Assembly (NCBI GenBank): GCA_943328795.2
Contig: CALQBK020000002.1
Coordinates: 2,513-66,512 of the forward strand
DNA: 64,000 nucleotides
From: Bifidobacterium breve
Lineage (GTDB): Bacteria > Myxococcota_A > UBA796 > SXON01
Direction: 5' to 3'
Below are positions 11,241 to 20,586 of this stretch, in pieces. The stretch's first letter is position 1, and every line of letters starts with the position of its first letter. The notes beneath the pieces were generated by a model. The model did no database searches. It worked only from the letters and a program-made list of their open reading frames with translations, and was not told the origin of the DNA. The position numbers were made by a program, and so were the translations under genes.

Positions 11241-12718
11241 GGAGTGCTCCGAGAGGTGGGATAGGGGAGGCGGCTCCCCGAGGCGACGTGTCCGACGAGT
11301 CTGAGTCCGCAATCCGCACCCCGATCGTCAACGCAGTGCTGGAGGCGCAGTCCGCCCACGGTCGACTCCGGCCGCTGCTGCCGCTCCTCGCCGGGCGATC
11401 GGCGGCCGAGCTGCTCGACGCGGTGCGGCGCGACGCCGAGGGCACTGGCCCGCTGCTGGCCGGGGCGACGACTGCGGCGCAGCGACTGCGCCAGCTGCAC
11501 GCTGCCGAGCTGGGGCTCTCCGCGCAGGACGTGGAGCTGCGGAGCCTGTACCCCTCGTTGGATCGCGGGATCTACGCGTGTTCGCACTCGATGGGGATGC
11601 CGTCCGTCGTCGGCCCCGCGGCGGTGGTGCACCAGCTCGCCGAGCTCGCGCAGTCCGGCATCGGCGTGTGGGACGACGGCACGTGGGTTGACGTGATGGA
11701 CCAGTTCCGGGCGCGGGTGGCGGAGCTCGTCGGTGGCGACCTGGACGCGGGGGACGTGGCCTGGTTCCCGAACGTGTCCGAGGCCCTCTGCGCCGTGCTC
11801 GAGGGCGTCCCGGCGGGCAAGCTGGTGTACACCGCCGGCCACTTCACGACTGGGCACTACGTACACCACCAGTGGGCCCAAAATACGGGCGGTGAGCTCG
11901 TCGAGATCCCCGTGGACGACGACGGTAGTGTGCCGACGGAGCGCATCCTCGCCGCGATCACGCCCGACGTGCGCGTGCTGTCGATCTCCCACGCGCTGTT
12001 CGAGTCGGGCTGGCTGCAAGACCTCCGCGCGCTGGCCGCTGGCCTGCGCGAGCGGGCGCCCGGCGCGATGCTGTTGCTCGATGCGTACCAGACCGCGGGG
12101 ACGGTCCCGATCGACGCCCGGGCGCTCGGCGACCACGTGTTGGTCACCGCCGGCGGCCACAAGCAGCTCCGCAGCGCCACCGGTGCGGCGTTCCTGTACG
12201 TGCCTCGCCGCTGGCTCCAGGGCAGCGGCGCGCTGACCCCACGCCGGGCGGGGTGGTGGGGCCATGCCGCCGCGTTCTCGTTCGAGAAGGGGGCCGTGCG
12301 CCGTGCGGAGGACGCGAGCCGGTTCCGCACAGGTACGCCTACGCTGCTCGGCATGGCGATGCTGCTCGGCGAGCTGGCCGCGGCGTCGAGCGTCACCGGA
12401 GGGCAGCTCGGCCCGGCGATCGTGCGCGCTAGGCGGGTGACCCAGGGGTTGGTGGAGGCGGCCCTCGCGGCGTGTGCTCGCAACGGCCTCGCCGTGCGGG
12501 GCGGGTGGGGCGCCGGCCAGCGCGCCGCCTTTGTATGTGTCGAGGTTCGCGAGGGGGCTGCGTTGGCGCAGGCGCTCGCCGACGAGGGGAAGCACGTCGA
12601 CTTCCGGCCGCGCGTCGGCGGCGCCCGGGACGGCTGGCTGCGCGTGAGCGGCAACCCCGCGGGCTTCGCTTACGAGATCGATGCCGTCATCGACGCCATC
12701 GCTCGCCTTCGACGCTAG
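11228..12718 (+). CDS. Aminotransferase class V-fold PLP-dependent enzyme (start uncertain, possibly GTG 11288)
   Basis: Class V pattern: ...SISHALFESGWLQD...LLLDAYQTAGTVPID...VTAGGHKQL (Lys = likely PLP lysine). Confidence 0.8.
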   Translation: MRGSWSAPRGGIGEAAPRGDVSDESESAIRTPIVNAVLEAQSAHGRLRPLLPLLAGRSAAELLDAVRRDAEGTGPLLAGATTAAQRLRQLHAAELGLSAQDVELRSLYPSLDRGIYACSHSMGMPSVVGPAAVVHQLAELAQSGIGVWDDGTWVDVMDQFRARVAELVGGDLDAGDVAWFPNVSEALCAVLEGVPAGKLVYTAGHFTTGHYVHHQWAQNTGGELVEIPVDDDGSVPTERILAAITPDVRVLSISHALFESGWLQDLRALAAGLRERAPGAMLLLDAYQTAGTVPIDARALGDHVLVTAGGHKQLRSATGAAFLYVPRRWLQGSGALTPRRAGWWGHAAAFSFEKGAVRRAEDASRFRTGTPTLLGMAMLLGELAAASSVTGGQLGPAIVRARRVTQGLVEAALAACARNGLAVRGGWGAGQRAAFVCVEVREGAALAQALADEGKHVDFRPRVGGARDGWLRVSGNPAGFAYEIDAVIDAIARLRR

Positions 12719-12756
12719 CCGCGCCGCGCCCGGGCGCTGCGCCAGCCCCGGCGGGC

Positions 12757-13182
12757 TCATCGTCCCCCCATCGGGAACGTGCGCTCGCGGAGCCGACCGT
12801 CGGCGTCCTTCACCTCCACGCAGATGGCTTGCCGCCGCTCGTCCCACCAGATCTCGGTGGGCTCGGCGTCCCCGAGGTCGAACCGGTGCGCGACCTCGGC
12901 GTCACCGTCCTCGCTCACTGTCCACCAGCACGCCACCGCTTGCCCGCTCGTCAGCACGTTGGCGGCGCCGTCGGGCGTGATCACGGCGTCCGGCCGCTCC
13001 ACCGGCTCGGGGCACACTGCGGCACGGGCGAGGCACACGACAAACGTGAGCAAGACGGCCATCGCGGCGCTGGTGGTGAAGCTGGCGAGAAACACGGACA
13101 CCTCGGGCTCCCGGGTCCAGTGCACGCCCCGTGCCCGGCGTCCGTCGGAGCGCCTTCTGCGCATGTCCCTGATTTTTCTCAC
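12757..13182 (-). CDS. Hypothetical small exported protein
   Basis: Hydrophobic signal-like segment VSVFLASFTTSAAMAVLLTFVVCLARA. GC3 bias. Start uncertain. Confidence 0.4.
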   Translation of the reverse strand: MRKIRDMRRRRSDGRRARGVHWTREPEVSVFLASFTTSAAMAVLLTFVVCLARAAVCPEPVERPDAVITPDGAANVLTSGQAVACWWTVSEDGDAEVAHRFDLGDAEPTEIWWDERRQAICVEVKDADGRLRERTFPMGGR

Positions 13183-13211
13183 AGCGGCTGGGTCGACGGC
13201 GGGGCTGACAG

Positions 13212-14807
13212 TTGTCGGTCATCCGTCGGTGTCGGACATCCGTCACCCCCCGGTCGTCAAGCCCCGCCACCGACGGAATATGCGAGCGCGTGCCGCTCCT
13301 CACCTTGGTCGCCCTCGTCTCCGAAGCCCACGCAAGCTGCATCGTGTCCGAGACCCGGGGCGAAGGCGGGGTCGAATACGACGTAGAGGTAGACGGTAGC
13401 TGCCCATCGGTCTCGATCATCGCCGACCGCCCGGCCACCCTCTCGGTGTCGGCGTCCGACAAGGACGGATTCCGGATCCGGGTCCCGAAGGCGCAGGTCG
13501 TCGAGCACCCGTGGTCGGTGCCCGCGGTCGGGTGGCGGGTGACGACCCCGGTGCTCGGCCCAGGCTCGCACCTCGTGCTCCGGCTCGGGTGGACGGGCTC
13601 CACGTCCGGCGACCCACACGTGGACGTGATCCTCGACGGCTCGGCGCCCACGTTGGCGCGCGGCGGCACCGCTGCGATGGCGTGGATCTATGAGCCCGGC
13701 CCTCGGCACCCCGAGTGGGGCTTCACCGATCCTCGTTTCGGTCGCATGGTGCGGGACACCGAGTGGACCTTCGGCCCCGACGGGGAGGCCGGTTGGCTCG
13801 ACGGCTTTCCCGAGGGCGGGAGCGCGTGGTGGCCGGGCGGCCCGGGGAAGGTGAAGACCCACTCGGTGGAGGCCCCGGCGCGGGCGCTCGGCGAAGTGCT
13901 CGTCCCGCCGGGCAGCCTGTCGCTGACGATCCCGGGCGGGCGGGTCCGGACGGCTGGGCTCGAAGCGACGGTCGCGGGGGACGTGGTCTCGGTGCCGAGC
14001 CCAGCCGGCGGGATTTTTCGGTGGAGCGTGGAGTCGCTCGGGGGCGTGGACATCGTAGGCGACGACGTTCGCTTCGTGCAAGGGACGGACAACCGGTTCC
14101 GGGCGGCCAGCCTGCCGGAGCCCTCGGTGCCATTGAAGCTGCGCGGGAACCGGGACGTGGACATCACGCTGCAGACGCTGTGGGCAGCGGTGCGGGAGCC
14201 CGTGCGGGGGGAGCTTGGCGACGCGTCGCACCCCCGACCGTTGAACCGGGCGTGGCGCTCCGGCTGGTTGACGGACGGGGAGCGCGCGCTGGTGCTGCTG
14301 CGCTTCCTCGGTCAGGAGCGCGTCGCGTCCCGCTGGGTCTTCACCGGGGTCTCGGCAGACCCCGCCACCTTGACCGGGTTCGACCACCTGCTCGTCGCTG
14401 CGTCCCTGCCCGGGTCGAACCAGGTGCTCTGGCTCGACCCCGCGTGCGTCAGCTGCGCCCTCGGGGAGATCGACCCGTCGTACTCTGGAAAGCCTGCGGT
14501 CGGCGGCGCGGACCACGCGCCCGTGTTGCCCGGCGCGCTCGGGCTGACGTCTACGCTCGTGCCGGGATCGGAGCCGGACACCTTCGTTGCGGAGACCACC
14601 GTCGCTGCGTCTGGCGCAGGTGCGCGGTTCGTGCGCATGTCCGTGGCGTCCGCGCCGGACCGCAGCGCGGCGCTCGCCCGCCTGTTTGGCGTCCCCGCGC
14701 CGCTCGAGGTCAAGGTGGAGGGCTGGGATGCCGACATCCACGTCGTGTTCACCAGTGCTCGCCCCCCCCGGCCGGTGGAGCTGCCGACGTTCGCGGCCGC
14801 GCGCTGA
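13212..14807 (+). CDS. Hypothetical secreted protein; possible transglutaminase-like core without the catalytic Cys
   Basis: Long GC3-biased ORF. Signal-like VPLLTLVALVSEAHASC. The segment RSGWLTDGERALVLLRFLGQERVASRWVF...FDHLLVAA...WLDPAC loosely follows the transglutaminase-core spacing (weak, by eye). Start uncertain. Confidence 0.55.
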   Translation: MSVIRRCRTSVTPRSSSPATDGICERVPLLTLVALVSEAHASCIVSETRGEGGVEYDVEVDGSCPSVSIIADRPATLSVSASDKDGFRIRVPKAQVVEHPWSVPAVGWRVTTPVLGPGSHLVLRLGWTGSTSGDPHVDVILDGSAPTLARGGTAAMAWIYEPGPRHPEWGFTDPRFGRMVRDTEWTFGPDGEAGWLDGFPEGGSAWWPGGPGKVKTHSVEAPARALGEVLVPPGSLSLTIPGGRVRTAGLEATVAGDVVSVPSPAGGIFRWSVESLGGVDIVGDDVRFVQGTDNRFRAASLPEPSVPLKLRGNRDVDITLQTLWAAVREPVRGELGDASHPRPLNRAWRSGWLTDGERALVLLRFLGQERVASRWVFTGVSADPATLTGFDHLLVAASLPGSNQVLWLDPACVSCALGEIDPSYSGKPAVGGADHAPVLPGALGLTSTLVPGSEPDTFVAETTVAASGAGARFVRMSVASAPDRSAALARLFGVPAPLEVKVEGWDADIHVVFTSARPPRPVELPTFAAAR

Positions 14808-14856
14808 CGCCCACCAGGGCGCCTGGCACCGGATAAGCCCGGCGCTCGGAGGTCTC

Positions 14857-15735
14857 GTGGCGTTGCTCAAGGATCACGTTGTGTTGGCAACGCCCCCCGC
14901 GGCTCCCGCGACTCGCCGGGCCTGGCCCATCGGCAAGAAGTACGACGGCGGCTTCCGATTCGCCGAGCCCGCCCACGCGTTGGCCTACGCCGCCGCGACG
15001 AACGACAGCTCGCCGGCCTACCACGGGGCGACGCCGATCTGCCCGCCGATGTTCCACGTCCGGCTGATGCACAGCTTGATCTTCCAGATCGCGACAGATC
15101 CCGAGCTCGGCCTCGACCTGCTGCGGCTCGTCCACGGGGAGCATGACGCTCAGTTCCACCGGCCGATCCGGCCCTGGGACCTCGTCCACACGCGCGGAGA
15201 GCTGCTCAGCGTCGAGGAGAAGTCGTCGGGGCTGGTGGTCACCTCCGCGCTCTACGCGTTCGTGGACGGTGAGCTCGCGGTGTCGTGCCGCACGGTCTAC
15301 TTCATCCGGGGCGAGGCCAAGAAGGCCGAGTCCGTCGCCCCCGCACGACCCGCTACGCCCCCGGCCGCCCCGCCGCCGCCGGATGTCTCCTGCGCGGTGC
15401 ACGTGAGCTCCGACCAGTCGTTGAAGTACGCCGCGGCCTCGCTCGACGACAACCCGATCCACACCGACCCCGCTACGGCCACGGCCGCCGGCCTCCCCGC
15501 GATCATCGTGCAGGGGCTCTGCACGATGGCGCTGAGCGCGGCGGCGTTGACGCGCGCGCTCGCGGACAACGACGCGACCCAGGTCCGCCGCGTCGCGGTG
15601 CGCTTCGCTCGGCCCGTGCTCAACGGGCAAGCGCTCGTCGTCCACGGTTGGAACGCCGAGCACGGGTGCACGTTTACGACGGTCAACGAGGCGGGGCAGG
15701 CGGTGCTCTCGCAGGCCCACTTCGAGCTCGCGTAG
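14857..15735 (+). CDS. MaoC-like double hot-dog (R)-specific enoyl-CoA hydratase/dehydratase
   Basis: C-terminal hot-dog motif LDDNPIHTDPATATAAGLPAIIVQGLCTMA. GTG 14857 preceded by GGAGG. The track ORF 5' part overlaps the previous gene. Confidence 0.85.
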   Translation: MALLKDHVVLATPPAAPATRRAWPIGKKYDGGFRFAEPAHALAYAAATNDSSPAYHGATPICPPMFHVRLMHSLIFQIATDPELGLDLLRLVHGEHDAQFHRPIRPWDLVHTRGELLSVEEKSSGLVVTSALYAFVDGELAVSCRTVYFIRGEAKKAESVAPARPATPPAAPPPPDVSCAVHVSSDQSLKYAAASLDDNPIHTDPATATAAGLPAIIVQGLCTMALSAAALTRALADNDATQVRRVAVRFARPVLNGQALVVHGWNAEHGCTFTTVNEAGQAVLSQAHFELA

Positions 15736-16812
15736 GTGCCGACTGTCGACGCCCTCCGCGCACGCTTCTTCGAGGCCACGGGCTCTGCGTTCCCGCGCAC
15801 CGCCCAGCTGATCGCCCACCCGCGGCTGTACCAGGCCATGCTCGACATGGAGGCCGTCGGGGACGGCGTGCCAGCGCGCGTCGGGCCCTTCCGGCGCACC
15901 CAGCTGCTGGCGTGGGACCGGGACGCGTCCACGTGGGAGGCGTGGGACACGGTCTCGGGGCACCGGCTGCACATGGTGATCGGGCGCTGGACGCCCCCGC
16001 CGCGGGAAGCCGTGTTGCCCTGGACGCAGGTGGCGCCTACTGCGTGGGTGAGCCCGCCGCTCGAGCTCTCGCTCGCGGACCTGCTGCCCGATATCGGCGA
16101 GGACCCGTTGCTCTGCGCGCAGGTGCTCGTGGCCGCAGTGCGAGCGCTCCCGGACCCGTTCGGGGTGCTCGGCCCGAGCTGCATCGTGCGCTCCGGGGGG
16201 GCCTGGGTGGTGTCCGGGTACCCGGGCGGCGAGGAGGACGAGGGCGTCGCCGGGATCGGGCGCGTCGCGTCACTCTTTGGCCACCACGGGGAAGCGTTGG
16301 CCGAGCTCGAGGAGAGCCCGCAGCTCTCACCCGAGACGGTCGAGCAGCTGCTGCGGACCGAGCTCGCGGACCGGCTCGTGGCCCAGGTCCACCGCTTGCG
16401 GAGGCGTCCATTGCTCGAGGCCCGGCAGCGTCGCGTCGCGGGGGTTCGGCGGCTGGCGGATCGGCTCGCCCGGGCGGTTCGCCCGCCGGAGGGGCGCGGC
16501 TGCTTGTCGGCGGCGATCGACGGGTCGGTCGCCGTGCTCGAGGGCGACGGGGACGTGCTCCGCGGTGGCATCCGCGCAAGTGTCGGCGCGACGGCGGACC
16601 TGCCCGTGATCTGGCGGCGAGGGGAGCTGGATGGGCACGCGGTGCGACCGTTGCTCCGCCTGTGGTCGGGCCGGAGGCCTGCCGACGAGGAGCGTCGAAG
16701 CGCGGTGCAAGCCGAGCTCGCGGGGGACGACCGGTTCGTCGAGGCCGCGCTGGCGTTCCTGCGGCTCGGGGCCCACCTGCGCGTCGACCGGATGCTGCTC
16801 GCCCGGCTCTGA
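15736..16812 (+). CDS. Hypothetical protein
   Basis: GTG start directly after the MaoC TAG (15733-15735). GC3 bias. No family recognised. Confidence 0.55.
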   Translation: MPTVDALRARFFEATGSAFPRTAQLIAHPRLYQAMLDMEAVGDGVPARVGPFRRTQLLAWDRDASTWEAWDTVSGHRLHMVIGRWTPPPREAVLPWTQVAPTAWVSPPLELSLADLLPDIGEDPLLCAQVLVAAVRALPDPFGVLGPSCIVRSGGAWVVSGYPGGEEDEGVAGIGRVASLFGHHGEALAELEESPQLSPETVEQLLRTELADRLVAQVHRLRRRPLLEARQRRVAGVRRLADRLARAVRPPEGRGCLSAAIDGSVAVLEGDGDVLRGGIRASVGATADLPVIWRRGELDGHAVRPLLRLWSGRRPADEERRSAVQAELAGDDRFVEAALAFLRLGAHLRVDRMLLARL

Positions 16813-16820
16813 CGGGCTAG

Positions 16821-17861
16821 CTAGTGCTGCTTCCCGAGCCAGGTCTTGTACTTCAACCCGTCCAGCGCGTGCTCGGCCACGATGGGGTCCGGATCGTGGC
16901 CCAGCGCGTCGAGCCGCGCCTCGATGCTCGTCGACGGGACTGAGCGGTAGCGCCGGAGCGCGGTGTAGCGGACGCGTGGGCGCGGGTCGTCGAGCCACCG
17001 CGTGAACACCGCCCCGGCTTCGGGTCCGGGCTCGAGGTTGAAGTAGACCGACTCTACGAGCGCGATGACAACGTCCTCCTCGTCGGTCTCCCCGACGAAG
17101 CGCGAGGCGTCCGCGAACGTGCGGACGTGCGGTAGCTCAGCCTCGCCCGGGAAGTCTGGGAAAACCGCGTAGAGGCCGACCCGGTCGCCCGGCGGCAGGG
17201 CCGGGCCGGAGAGCACCGCGTCGTGCGCCCAGGCGTCGCTGGCGGCGTCGAAGCCGCCGGCGAGCCGCACCGCCTCGATGGCCCACGCCGTGCGGGCGGG
17301 GGGCCCGTCCGCGCCCTCGGCGTGCTTCGCGAGCGCAGGGTCGCACTGCCCGGTGCCGACGTAGCGATTGAACCACGCGCGCGCGCGCAGCACGTCCGCA
17401 GCGTCGTCGCCGAGGGCGCCCGGGAGCCGGCTCCGCGCCAGGTCCGCCAGCTGGGCCGGGGTCCGGGTGTCGTCCGGCGGCAAACCCCACCCCGCGTGGG
17501 TCAGGCAAAAGCGCCCAAAGCGCCCCGCCGCCGAGCACTGGGAGAGCGCGTCGTCCGTGTGCCCCGCACGGCCAAGCTGCTCGCCGGCGCGAAAATGGCA
17601 CTCGTCCTGCCACTTCCCGCGCGGCACACCCGCGCACGCGGCTGCGACCGTAGCGAGGTCACCGGCGGCCGCCGCTTGCGCGGCCGCCTCGACGCGACAC
17701 CCCACTGCGAGCTCGGCGTACGGCTCCCGTTCGCACGCGGTGAGCACCTCCACGGGGGTGCCCGTCGGCAGCGCGGAGAGGCGCGGGGCCGAGGGCGGCG
17801 CACCACACGCGAGCGCCGCCAGCACGGCAGCCCACGCGGGTACCGCTGCGGGGCGCGTCAC
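16821..17861 (-). CDS. Hypothetical lipoprotein with Cys-repeat N-domain and HEAT-like C-terminus
   Basis: Lipobox AVLAALAC. Repeats GKWQDECHFRAGE and FGRFCLTHAGWG resemble those in 33207-34184. C-terminal DDPRPRVRYTALRR...DPDPIVAEHALDGL is HEAT-like. GTG 17861 avoids overlap with the upstream gene. Confidence 0.6.
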   Translation of the reverse strand: MTRPAAVPAWAAVLAALACGAPPSAPRLSALPTGTPVEVLTACEREPYAELAVGCRVEAAAQAAAAGDLATVAAACAGVPRGKWQDECHFRAGEQLGRAGHTDDALSQCSAAGRFGRFCLTHAGWGLPPDDTRTPAQLADLARSRLPGALGDDAADVLRARAWFNRYVGTGQCDPALAKHAEGADGPPARTAWAIEAVRLAGGFDAASDAWAHDAVLSGPALPPGDRVGLYAVFPDFPGEAELPHVRTFADASRFVGETDEEDVVIALVESVYFNLEPGPEAGAVFTRWLDDPRPRVRYTALRRYRSVPSTSIEARLDALGHDPDPIVAEHALDGLKYKTWLGKQH

Positions 17862-17871
17862 GGAGGCGCGG

Positions 17872-19008
17872 CTACCGCGGGAGCGGGGGCGGGGGCGGCG
17901 GGCCGAAGGCCGACGCGATCTCGGGGACCGCCTTCGGGTCCATCCAGCCCGCGAGCCCATCGCGCCAGACGAGGTGCCGGCCAGTGGGGTTCGCCATCAC
18001 GCGCTGGACGATGTCGCCGACGCCGAGCTGGGACGTGGAGCCGTCCGGGCCGTTGTAGTGGAAGATCGCTACGGGCGGAGGGAGCGGGGGCGGTGCCCCG
18101 AGCCCGACCTGCGGGTTGAACGCGCCTTGCTGCGCGGTGGCGCGGCCGAGCTGTTGGCCCATCACCCCGCCCATCGCCAGGCCCAGGCCGGCGTCCATGA
18201 AGGCGCCGCCGCCGCCGGGGCGCTTCGCGGCATCCTCGAGCGCGTTCGCTGCCTGGAACTGCGTAAACGCGCCCATGTCGCCGACGACGCCCATCGAGGT
18301 GCGCTTGTCCATCATCTTCTCGACCTCGGGCGGGACGGAGATGTTCTCCACCACGAAGTCCGTGAGCGTGATCCCGTAGTTCTCCTGGAACCAGCCGTTG
18401 AGGCGCTGGCGCAGCGCGTCGCCAAGGTCCATGTACTGGCCCATCAGGTCGAGCAGCGGGATCTTCGCTTCGCCGATGGTGTCAGCCAGCGCGCTGACCA
18501 GCTTGCGCTTGAGCTGGCCGTTGATCTCGTCGGTCGTCAGCCAGCCGTTGGTGCCGACGATCTCGCGCAGGAACACGGCGGGGTCGCTGATCCGGTACGC
18601 GAACACGCCGAACGCGCGGATGCGGACCATGCCGAAGTCCTTGTCGCGCATGATGATGGGGTTCGCGGTGCCCCACTTCTGGTCGGTGTACTGGCGGGTG
18701 GAGACGAAGTACACGTCGCCCTTGTAGGGGTAGTTCAGCGCGTACTTGATGGACTCGAAGAAGCTGGCGATGGCCTTTGTGTTGCTCGACAGCGTGTACG
18801 TGCCCGGGCCGAAGACCTCGGAGAGCCGCCCCTCGGCGATGAACACCGCAGCCTGGCCCTCGCGGACGACAAGCTTGGCGCCGTCCTGGATGGCCTGCTG
18901 GAACATCGGAAACCGGTAGACCAGGGTGTCCCGCGAGTCGTCCATCCACTGGATGACATCGAGGAATTGCGCCTTCGCGTGCTGAGTGAGCGTGTCCCAA
19001 AGACCCAT
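17872..19008 (-). CDS. SPFH-domain (YdjI/virion-core-like) protein with C-terminal GYF_2 domain
   Basis: MGLWDTLTQHAKAQFLDVIQW...KLVVREGQAAVF...FGMVRIRAFGVFAYRI is the YdjI-type SPFH pattern. Pro-rich linker then VAIFHYNGPDGSTSQLGVGDIVQRV...VWRDGLAGWMDPKAVPEI (GYF_2-like). GGAGG upstream of ATG 19008. Confidence 0.85.
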   Translation of the reverse strand: MGLWDTLTQHAKAQFLDVIQWMDDSRDTLVYRFPMFQQAIQDGAKLVVREGQAAVFIAEGRLSEVFGPGTYTLSSNTKAIASFFESIKYALNYPYKGDVYFVSTRQYTDQKWGTANPIIMRDKDFGMVRIRAFGVFAYRISDPAVFLREIVGTNGWLTTDEINGQLKRKLVSALADTIGEAKIPLLDLMGQYMDLGDALRQRLNGWFQENYGITLTDFVVENISVPPEVEKMMDKRTSMGVVGDMGAFTQFQAANALEDAAKRPGGGGAFMDAGLGLAMGGVMGQQLGRATAQQGAFNPQVGLGAPPPLPPPVAIFHYNGPDGSTSQLGVGDIVQRVMANPTGRHLVWRDGLAGWMDPKAVPEIASAFGPPPPPPLPR

Positions 19009-19111
19009 CGTGAACCTCCGCCGCGGGGGGTTGAGCCCGAGGACCGTGGCAATATGTACCCCGTCCGCGCATCGAAAAGTGGTTTTCGGGCCGACCTGGC
19101 CGGGACTCACG

Positions 19112-20482
19112 TCACCCGTTGTCCGCCTCGCACACCCGGTCTCGGCCGGCGGCCTTCGCCGCGTAGAGCGCGCGGTCGGCGGCGGCCACCACCCACTCCA
19201 TCGCTTGGCGGTCCCCGCTCGCGGCGGTCGCGGTGCCGATCGAGACGGTCACGCAGATCACCCGCTCGCCGTGGGTCACGGTGACCATCGAGACCTCGCT
19301 CCGCACCCGCTCCGCCGCCAGCCGCGCCATCTCCGTGGAGGTGTCGGGGAGCACGATCAGCAGCTCTTCCCCGCCCCAGCGCGCCACGACGTCCGACCGC
19401 CTCGCGGCGCGCTGGACAGCGTTCCCTATGGCGCGCAGCGTAGCGTCTCCCGCCGCGTGTCCGAACTCGTCGTTCACCTGCTTGAACCTATCTACGTCGA
19501 TGATCAGGACCGATGTCGGTCGCGCCCGTCGCAGGTCGAGCGCACGCACCTCGTCCAGGCGCTGCGCGCCGAACGCGCGGTTGTGCAGGCCGGTGAGCGA
19601 GTCCGTGGTCGCCCGCTCCCAGAGCGTGAGGTTCTCCAGCGCCTGGCCCACCTGCTGTCCGAAGATCCGGCACAGGGTGCTCAGCTCCCCCGACACCGCG
19701 CCGGCTTCAATCACGAGGCACCCGCGCTCCCCGTCGCGCGCCGCGATCGGGATCACCACGAACCGGCCCTCGCGGCTCGGCTCCTCGCCCGACAGGAACC
19801 CCCGCTCCACCGCCCTCCGCGCCTCGGCGTCGAGGTCGGTGACCCCGCCGGCCGCGGCGTACCGCCCGGTTCCAGCGCGGACCACGACGCCTTCGAGCGA
19901 CGGGTCGAACGCGTGGAGCACGCGATCGTGGGTCGCCACGAAGCGGTCCCCGGTCCCGAGCAGCGGGATCACCTCTTCGAGCACGGCTCGGTAGCCCTCC
20001 AACGGTTGCACCCGGGAGAGCCGCGGCGCGACGTCAACGATCCGCAGCAACGCCCGGCGTTGCTCGTCGAGGTGCACCAACCGCGCCCGGGTGCGCAGCG
20101 CGGCGTCCACGTGGGCTGTGAGCTCCGTGATCCGCTCGGCCACACCGTGGATCCCGAGCTGCGCGAGGCCCCAGCGATCGACGTCCCCGGGGCAGACGAG
20201 GACGACCTGGCAGTCTGGCTCGAGCGAGCGGCTGCGCCGCACCGCCTCGGCGGCGCGCGAGTGGGTGCCCACCACCACGAGCACGTCGGGGCGCATCCCG
20301 CCGACGATGTCCGCGGTAGCTGCCAAGGCCTTGTGCCCCGCCGTAGCGAGGTGCGCGGTAGCTGCCAAGGCCTTGTGCCCCGCCGTAGCGAGGTGCGCGG
20401 TGCAGTCGGCCACGAGCTGCTCCGGCTCGCCCAAGACGACCACCTTGTACACTCGCCGCCCTGCGCTGCTCACATGCGACAC
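19112..20482 (-). CDS. Pseudo-receiver / GAF-like / GGDEF diguanylate cyclase (GGEEL variant); start uncertain (GTG 20482 or ATG 20542)
   Basis: DSLTGLHNR, RFKQVNDEFGHAAGD, RWGGEELLIVLP, ALYAAKAAGRDR. The N-terminal CheY-like segment lacks the acidic pocket. Confidence 0.88.
   Translation of the reverse strand: MSHVSSAGRRVYKVVVLGEPEQLVADCTAHLATAGHKALAATAHLATAGHKALAATADIVGGMRPDVLVVVGTHSRAAEAVRRSRSLEPDCQVVLVCPGDVDRWGLAQLGIHGVAERITELTAHVDAALRTRARLVHLDEQRRALLRIVDVAPRLSRVQPLEGYRAVLEEVIPLLGTGDRFVATHDRVLHAFDPSLEGVVVRAGTGRYAAAGGVTDLDAEARRAVERGFLSGEEPSREGRFVVIPIAARDGERGCLVIEAGAVSGELSTLCRIFGQQVGQALENLTLWERATTDSLTGLHNRAFGAQRLDEVRALDLRRARPTSVLIIDVDRFKQVNDEFGHAAGDATLRAIGNAVQRAARRSDVVARWGGEELLIVLPDTSTEMARLAAERVRSEVSMVTVTHGERVICVTVSIGTATAASGDRQAMEWVVAAADRALYAAKAAGRDRVCEADNG
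20313..20396. repeat. Perfect 42-bp tandem duplication (2 copies), in frame within the GGDEF gene
   Basis: gcggtagctgccaaggccttgtgccccgccgtagcgaggtgc occurs at 20313-20354 and again at 20355-20396. Encodes TAHLATAGHKALAA twice. Confidence 0.97.
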
Positions 20483-20586
20483 GCCGCACCCCGTCCGCTG
20501 CCCATATCGTGTCCCCGGCGACTTCGCCGCCGCTCGCTGCATTCGGCGCCATTCGCACGTAGCGGGCGCGAAGCGCGCCGGATACA

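Noticed and set aside
17368-19284. 638-aa plus-strand ORF
   Set aside because: It is antisense to the SPFH/GYF gene and the lipoprotein gene, with no domain signature and artefact-type composition.
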